Positions 59,922 to 64,000 of a DNA stretch of 64,000 nucleotides are shown here, one piece after another; within the stretch, counting starts at the first letter, position 1; each line of letters starts with the position of its first letter. The stretch is taken from contig JBMOPW010000003.1 of the NCBI GenBank assembly GCA_049322915.1, forward strand, positions 100,318 through 164,317, in the 5' to 3' direction. Origin of the DNA: Candidatus Zhuqueibacterota bacterium. Its GTDB lineage: Bacteria > Zhuqueibacterota > Zhuqueibacteria > Thermofontimicrobiales > Thermofontimicrobiaceae. The position numbers and the translations under genes were made by a program. The notes under the pieces were generated by a model. The model was given only the letters and a program-made list of their open reading frames with translations. It searched no databases and was not told the DNA's origin.

Positions 59922-61040
59922 TTATTTCTGATAAATCCAATTTGAATGAAATCCCATATTTTGAGCAATTTGTATCTGTGGGGAAATAGTATCAAACAAT
60001 TTAGTTTTAAAATCATTATAAGAGAGTGCTCTTATATTTTCAATATTATTTTCTTTGAAGAGAATCGAATAGTCTTCAAGTAATTTAGGTTTTTCTATGC
60101 TTGATATAATTTGAAATCCTTCATATTGTAATTTCGCAAAATCATCAAAGTAGAGTTTCATATTCGGCAAAAAGTCTCCTTTGGCAGAATTTACTTTTTT
60201 AGTGGTTGGTATAATATTCCAATTCAAATCATGTGTAACGAAGCGCCATGGTAAAAAGTGATCTAGTGATAAATTTTCTGTGCCTATTGATTCTTTAGAA
60301 TAAATACAATTAATTGTTTTTGTAATGTTAAATACAATGTTCCAATATCTCTTTGCTTTGATTAAATCTCGCTTCTTTGGTTGGAAAAGTTTACCTGCAA
60401 TATTGGGTACATTAGGATTTTTGTTTTGTAAATATTGCAATAAGTGCCAGTAAGTAAATCCTTCAAGTATGTAGTTATGTTGATTTAGATATATAAACCA
60501 TTCTTCGTTAATTTCAATACCAAATTCTGGAAATTCTATAAATCGATATAAGGAAGGATTATATTCATTATCAAAATTTTTCTTAGACAATTCAATTATA
60601 AGTATGTGTAGTTGCTTATCAAGTCTACCCATTAGATTCTTTTCAAAAAATGGTCGCAAGAATCTGTACGGTACATATTTTGCTAATTTATTAATTTCCT
60701 TTGTAATTTCAATATGAGATGAATTCAATATCTTTTTCAACAATTCAAATTTGTCTATATTTTCTGGTAGGTTTAAATAATTTTTTATAAATAATGTAAT
60801 TTCACTTAACCTATCTAATTTGCCAAATGATAATTGGAAATAATTTACAGGATACCAAACTGTAGAAATCATATTTCCAAAGATTTCATTAAATGATAAA
60901 ATTGTTTTTTGAGAAATTTTTACAATATTTAAAATTGCAAGAAACCAATAAAATTTATAAGAATTGGTAGTGTTATTGAAACATGCTGAAAGCTTATCGA
61001 TAGCAAGTTTATTATGTTTTGGTAAAGTAATAATTTCCAT
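59922..61040 (-). CDS. HNH endonuclease domain protein
   Basis: TNSYKFYW N-domain; CIYS...LSLDHFLPW...HDLNWNIIP...NSAKGD. Confidence 0.85.
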   Translation of the reverse strand: MEIITLPKHNKLAIDKLSACFNNTTNSYKFYWFLAILNIVKISQKTILSFNEIFGNMISTVWYPVNYFQLSFGKLDRLSEITLFIKNYLNLPENIDKFELLKKILNSSHIEITKEINKLAKYVPYRFLRPFFEKNLMGRLDKQLHILIIELSKKNFDNEYNPSLYRFIEFPEFGIEINEEWFIYLNQHNYILEGFTYWHLLQYLQNKNPNVPNIAGKLFQPKKRDLIKAKRYWNIVFNITKTINCIYSKESIGTENLSLDHFLPWRFVTHDLNWNIIPTTKKVNSAKGDFLPNMKLYFDDFAKLQYEGFQIISSIEKPKLLEDYSILFKENNIENIRALSYNDFKTKLFDTISPQIQIAQNMGFHSNWIYQK

Positions 61041-61199
61041 TTTGCAGAGACTTTATTAGATAATGAAAATATTTTTTAAATATCGTTCTAACTTATAGCA
61101 TAATTTGATTTAGATGTCTAATTTGATTAGTCAAATTGCCCCAATAGTACTTTCTTTTGGGCTAATTGGGTGAAAATGTAGATTGGGGTATATTTCAAT

Positions 61200-61745
61200 C
61201 TAGTTTTTAGAATTTTCGACAGTTTCATAAGTAAAAGGAATTTCCATTGTTGTATCAGTAAAAATGGTGATGTATTCATCTGGTGCAAGAACTCTACTCA
61301 CCAAATCCAATACCACCTGTGAATCTTTTCCACCACTAAATGCTACTGAAAATAGATCAACTTTATCTTTATATCTTTTTTGAGTATTTTGGATAAAATC
61401 AATTGCTTCACCTTCAAGCACTTTTAAAATTTCTAAATTATTCTCAATTAGTATTTCAATATTAATAGGTTCAAGAGTCAACTTCTGCAAAATATTAAGC
61501 ATTGGTTTTTCATAAATATTACCACCATTTGCTTCTGCAACAAAGGCACCTTCATAGTAATACCGCCGACCAATTGACCATAATAAAGGTTCTTCACATT
61601 TAGGGTATTTCCAATGATCCCCAAATCCTAATAAGTCAAGTTCTTCAAAAAATACAGGTCGCGGCGAAACTATTGATTGTTCATCGGAAATTGTGTTTGA
61701 TAGTATAATACCGTTATTTTCGTAATCCCATGTTTGTTTAAACAT
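61200..61745 (-). pseudogene. 3'-truncated PAPS-reductase-family gene (BrxP/SspD-like)
   Basis: PRPVFFEELDLLG N-domain, VAFSGGKDS PP-loop, FTDTTME, then a stop shortly after. Confidence 0.72.
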
Positions 61746-61791
61746 AGATAAAAGTCCAGAATTCTCAGTTAACCAAAAATATAATAAGAAA

Positions 61792-63300
61792 TTAAGCGAT
61801 ATATTTCCTGTTCAAAAAAAAGTTTGACTTTTCTTCCTTTACTAATGGCTCATTAAAGTTGTCAATGAATAATCTGTTGATGCTATTTACAAGTTGATTA
61901 TAATCATAATGATTCGACCTTGAATGAACTGTTAATTTCAACCTTGATAATTGACCATTATTTTCAAGGAAAAGATTTATTAAACTCAACTGATTTTCAG
62001 TAAGTTTGATTGATTTTAAAAAAAGTTCATCTATCTCAATTTTGTTATTAGATGTTTTCTTTTCACTTTCTTGTAATGGCTTTTGTATTTTATTTTGTGG
62101 GACATTGTCAGTAAATACCCATTTTTTAAGTGAATAAAGCTTTTTTTTTAAATTTATAATATCTTTTGAGGTTGAGAGAGCATATATAAGGGCGCCGTTT
62201 TTTAAGAGTGGATATTTTTCGTAAACTAATTCTCTAATTTTTTTGTAGGAACAAGGCTTACCAATCTGTTCTAAATAACCAGTTATTAAATTTCGAAGTG
62301 CTTCGGCAATATTCGAAATTTCAGGATATGGAGTTATCCTTCGTATCGATTTTATATATTCTTTTAGTATTCTTATTGTTGATTGCTCATTTTCCAGATT
62401 TATTGAAAGATGTAATATTTTTTTCCCTTCATAACTGATCAATTCTGGATCATTGAAATATAATTCAAGAAAACATCTTAAAAATTTGGACCTTGAATGG
62501 TGTCTAAGTTTTCTTATTGCATTATTATGGATTTGTCGTATTCGTTCTCGTGTTAAACTCATTCTTTGACCAATTTCTTCGTATGTAGACGATTCTTTAT
62601 TCAATAAACCATAGTACCACATGATAACTCTTTGTTCTGCATATTCTAAAGATTTGATTGCATCCCTAAGCTCTATTATAAAAGAAATAAAAAAAAATTT
62701 ATATTCTATTGATCGGAAAGTATTTTGTTCAAAGTCATCCAATTCAATTTCAATACGATCACTAAAATTTTTTGAATCCAATTCATGTTTATCTATTGAA
62801 ATAAAATGCAATAGTGAATAATTAAAACAGTTCGCGTCCGATATAAAAACATTGTTAGATAAGGATTGAACACATAGATTTTTAAAGCTTTTATCATATA
62901 TCCTGTTAATCTCATTTATAACATTTTGAGGATAGCAAATAAGTGAATAAAAACCGGGAGCTATATTTTGTAAATTCCTAAAAATATTTCTCTGCAGATA
63001 ATTTTTAAAGCCACCTTTTGAGAATGAGTAATTATTTATGGCAGAAATACATGCCAAATTCGCCTCCTGAATAAGGTCAAGTAATTCAACGCCTTTATTA
63101 ATGAACTTAAGTACCTCTTTAATTATTATATATTGATTGTTTATTACTAATTCATGTAAGGCATCAATGTCTCCGGATTTATATTTTAATAATAAGCTAC
63201 GCTCCTGAACCGCAGTTAATCTTTTTAATGGTCCTATGCTTTTCAAATAAAGCGCTATAAAATATTTGGAATAATCATTATTTATCAAAGCATTAGACAT
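61792..63300 (-). CDS. sigma-70 family factor-like protein with C-terminal extension (winged-HTH/TerB-C-like)
   Basis: YLKSIG..RLT..QE (region 1.2), LLDLIQEAN (region 2), TYEEIGQRMSLTRERIRQIHNNAIRKLR (region 4), about 230 extra C-terminal residues. Confidence 0.8.
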   Translation of the reverse strand: MSNALINNDYSKYFIALYLKSIGPLKRLTAVQERSLLLKYKSGDIDALHELVINNQYIIIKEVLKFINKGVELLDLIQEANLACISAINNYSFSKGGFKNYLQRNIFRNLQNIAPGFYSLICYPQNVINEINRIYDKSFKNLCVQSLSNNVFISDANCFNYSLLHFISIDKHELDSKNFSDRIEIELDDFEQNTFRSIEYKFFFISFIIELRDAIKSLEYAEQRVIMWYYGLLNKESSTYEEIGQRMSLTRERIRQIHNNAIRKLRHHSRSKFLRCFLELYFNDPELISYEGKKILHLSINLENEQSTIRILKEYIKSIRRITPYPEISNIAEALRNLITGYLEQIGKPCSYKKIRELVYEKYPLLKNGALIYALSTSKDIINLKKKLYSLKKWVFTDNVPQNKIQKPLQESEKKTSNNKIEIDELFLKSIKLTENQLSLINLFLENNGQLSRLKLTVHSRSNHYDYNQLVNSINRLFIDNFNEPLVKEEKSNFFLNRKYIA

Positions 63301-63695
63301 AATAACCTAAATTTAGGGAGTAATCCTAAGATAAATTATTTTATTGAATATTGCCTCTATTCAAACTTCTCAAAAAACTCGATCGAAACGCTGAAGTTCG
63401 CTTGCTCAAATTCAATGCCTTCATCCAACAATATTCTAACGAAAGAACCAATTGCAAAAAACTTTAGAGCGACTGCCCTTCGGATTTAACAAAACAGTTG
63501 GTGATATTCCTAACGTTAAATCCACGCCTGCGCCCTTCGGTCAACCGAATGCATAATTAGACGAAAACATAAATTGCAATTTATAATTTGCTAATTAATC
63601 ATATGTTATTAAAGAATGGATTATTTAATCTTCTTTATTTTGTTTTAAAATTATCTCATTACATATATTACATGAAATTTGATTATTATTGTCGA

Positions 63696-63839
63696 GGGTA
63701 ACCACAATTCCCCACTAAAATGGCTTCAGGACAATTAGTATTCCCCACTATGGGGCAATTACTATTCCCCACTTTTTACTTATTCAGGGCAAATAGAATT
63801 CCCCACTTTTTGTAGTCCAGGGCAATCATATTCCCCACC
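63696..63839 (+). repeat. five about 21-bp sub-terminal repeats (core ATTCCCCAC)
   Basis: Copies at about 63696, 63729, 63753, 63787, 63820. Confidence 0.9.
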
Positions 63840-63932
63840 TGCAACGGTAGATCATCGTTGGATTAAATTGCAATTATTTATTATCTTTTCTCCAAGTAGT
63901 TTGTTTAATTTCACCAAACATGGAGAAAAGCT

Positions 63933-64000
63933 ATGGGATATAAAGAGATCACGGTTATGGACATTTACGAAATTATTCGTCGTTGGCATGACCAACAAAA
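63933..64000 (+). CDS. istA: IS21 transposase IstA, N-terminus (3' partial)
   Basis: GGAG RBS; MGYKEITVMDIYEIIRRWHDQQ resembles IstA N-terminal HTH starts. Confidence 0.65.
   Translation, partial: MGYKEITVMDIYEIIRRWHDQQ

Larger units (their letters stand above)
63690..64000 (+). mobile_element. IS21-family insertion sequence, left end (partial)
   Basis: TGT terminus followed by five GG(G/A)YAA-N4/5-ATTCCCCAC repeats, then a transposase-like ORF start. Confidence 0.75.

Noticed and set aside
54925..63560. Integron attC sites between island genes (scattered GTTAG/CTAAC motifs)
   Set aside because: No consistent R''-L''-L'-R' palindromes could be built and no integrase is present in the window
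63696..63839. Five ATTCCCCAC repeats as a CRISPR array or replication iterons
   Set aside because: Spacers are only about 3-13 bp, repeats are degenerate, no cas or rep gene is present; the TGT terminus and following IstA-like ORF fit an IS21 end

Overview
Bacterial genomic window from a Gram-negative anaerobe-like organism. By inference it is FCB-superphylum/KSB1-like, from many secreted proteins ending in a 'QNxPNPFN...FlgD-Ig' C-terminal domain and a PorV-like protein. Most genes are on the minus strand. Main contents: (1) a putative sigma-28 operon (13.2-5.7 kb) with csrA, a pseudo-receiver/STAS protein, a radical SAM/SPASM enzyme, a UDP-sugar dehydrogenase homologue lacking its catalytic residues, a TPR-methyltransferase and a highly divergent flagellin; (2) a 2-oxoacid:ferredoxin oxidoreductase plus heterodisulfide reductase cluster (28.3-13.5 kb) in which three genes (two hdrA, one mvhD) are split in the ORF track by in-frame UGA codons at conserved Cys positions, each followed by a SECIS-like hairpin (selenoproteins); (3) tandem TPP riboswitches, each with its own terminator, upstream of a TonB receptor and a Na+/solute symporter; (4) a sigma-54 promoter with upstream enhancer-like palindromes driving a largely non-coding region; (5) housekeeping and secreted proteins; (6) an AT-rich defence-island-like region (54.3-63.6 kb) with a GHKL-ATPase/STAS/PIN operon, the two outer remnants of a type-4 BREX locus flanking an HNH plus methyltransferase-HIT pair, an extended sigma-70-like gene, and the left end of an IS21-family element at the window edge.
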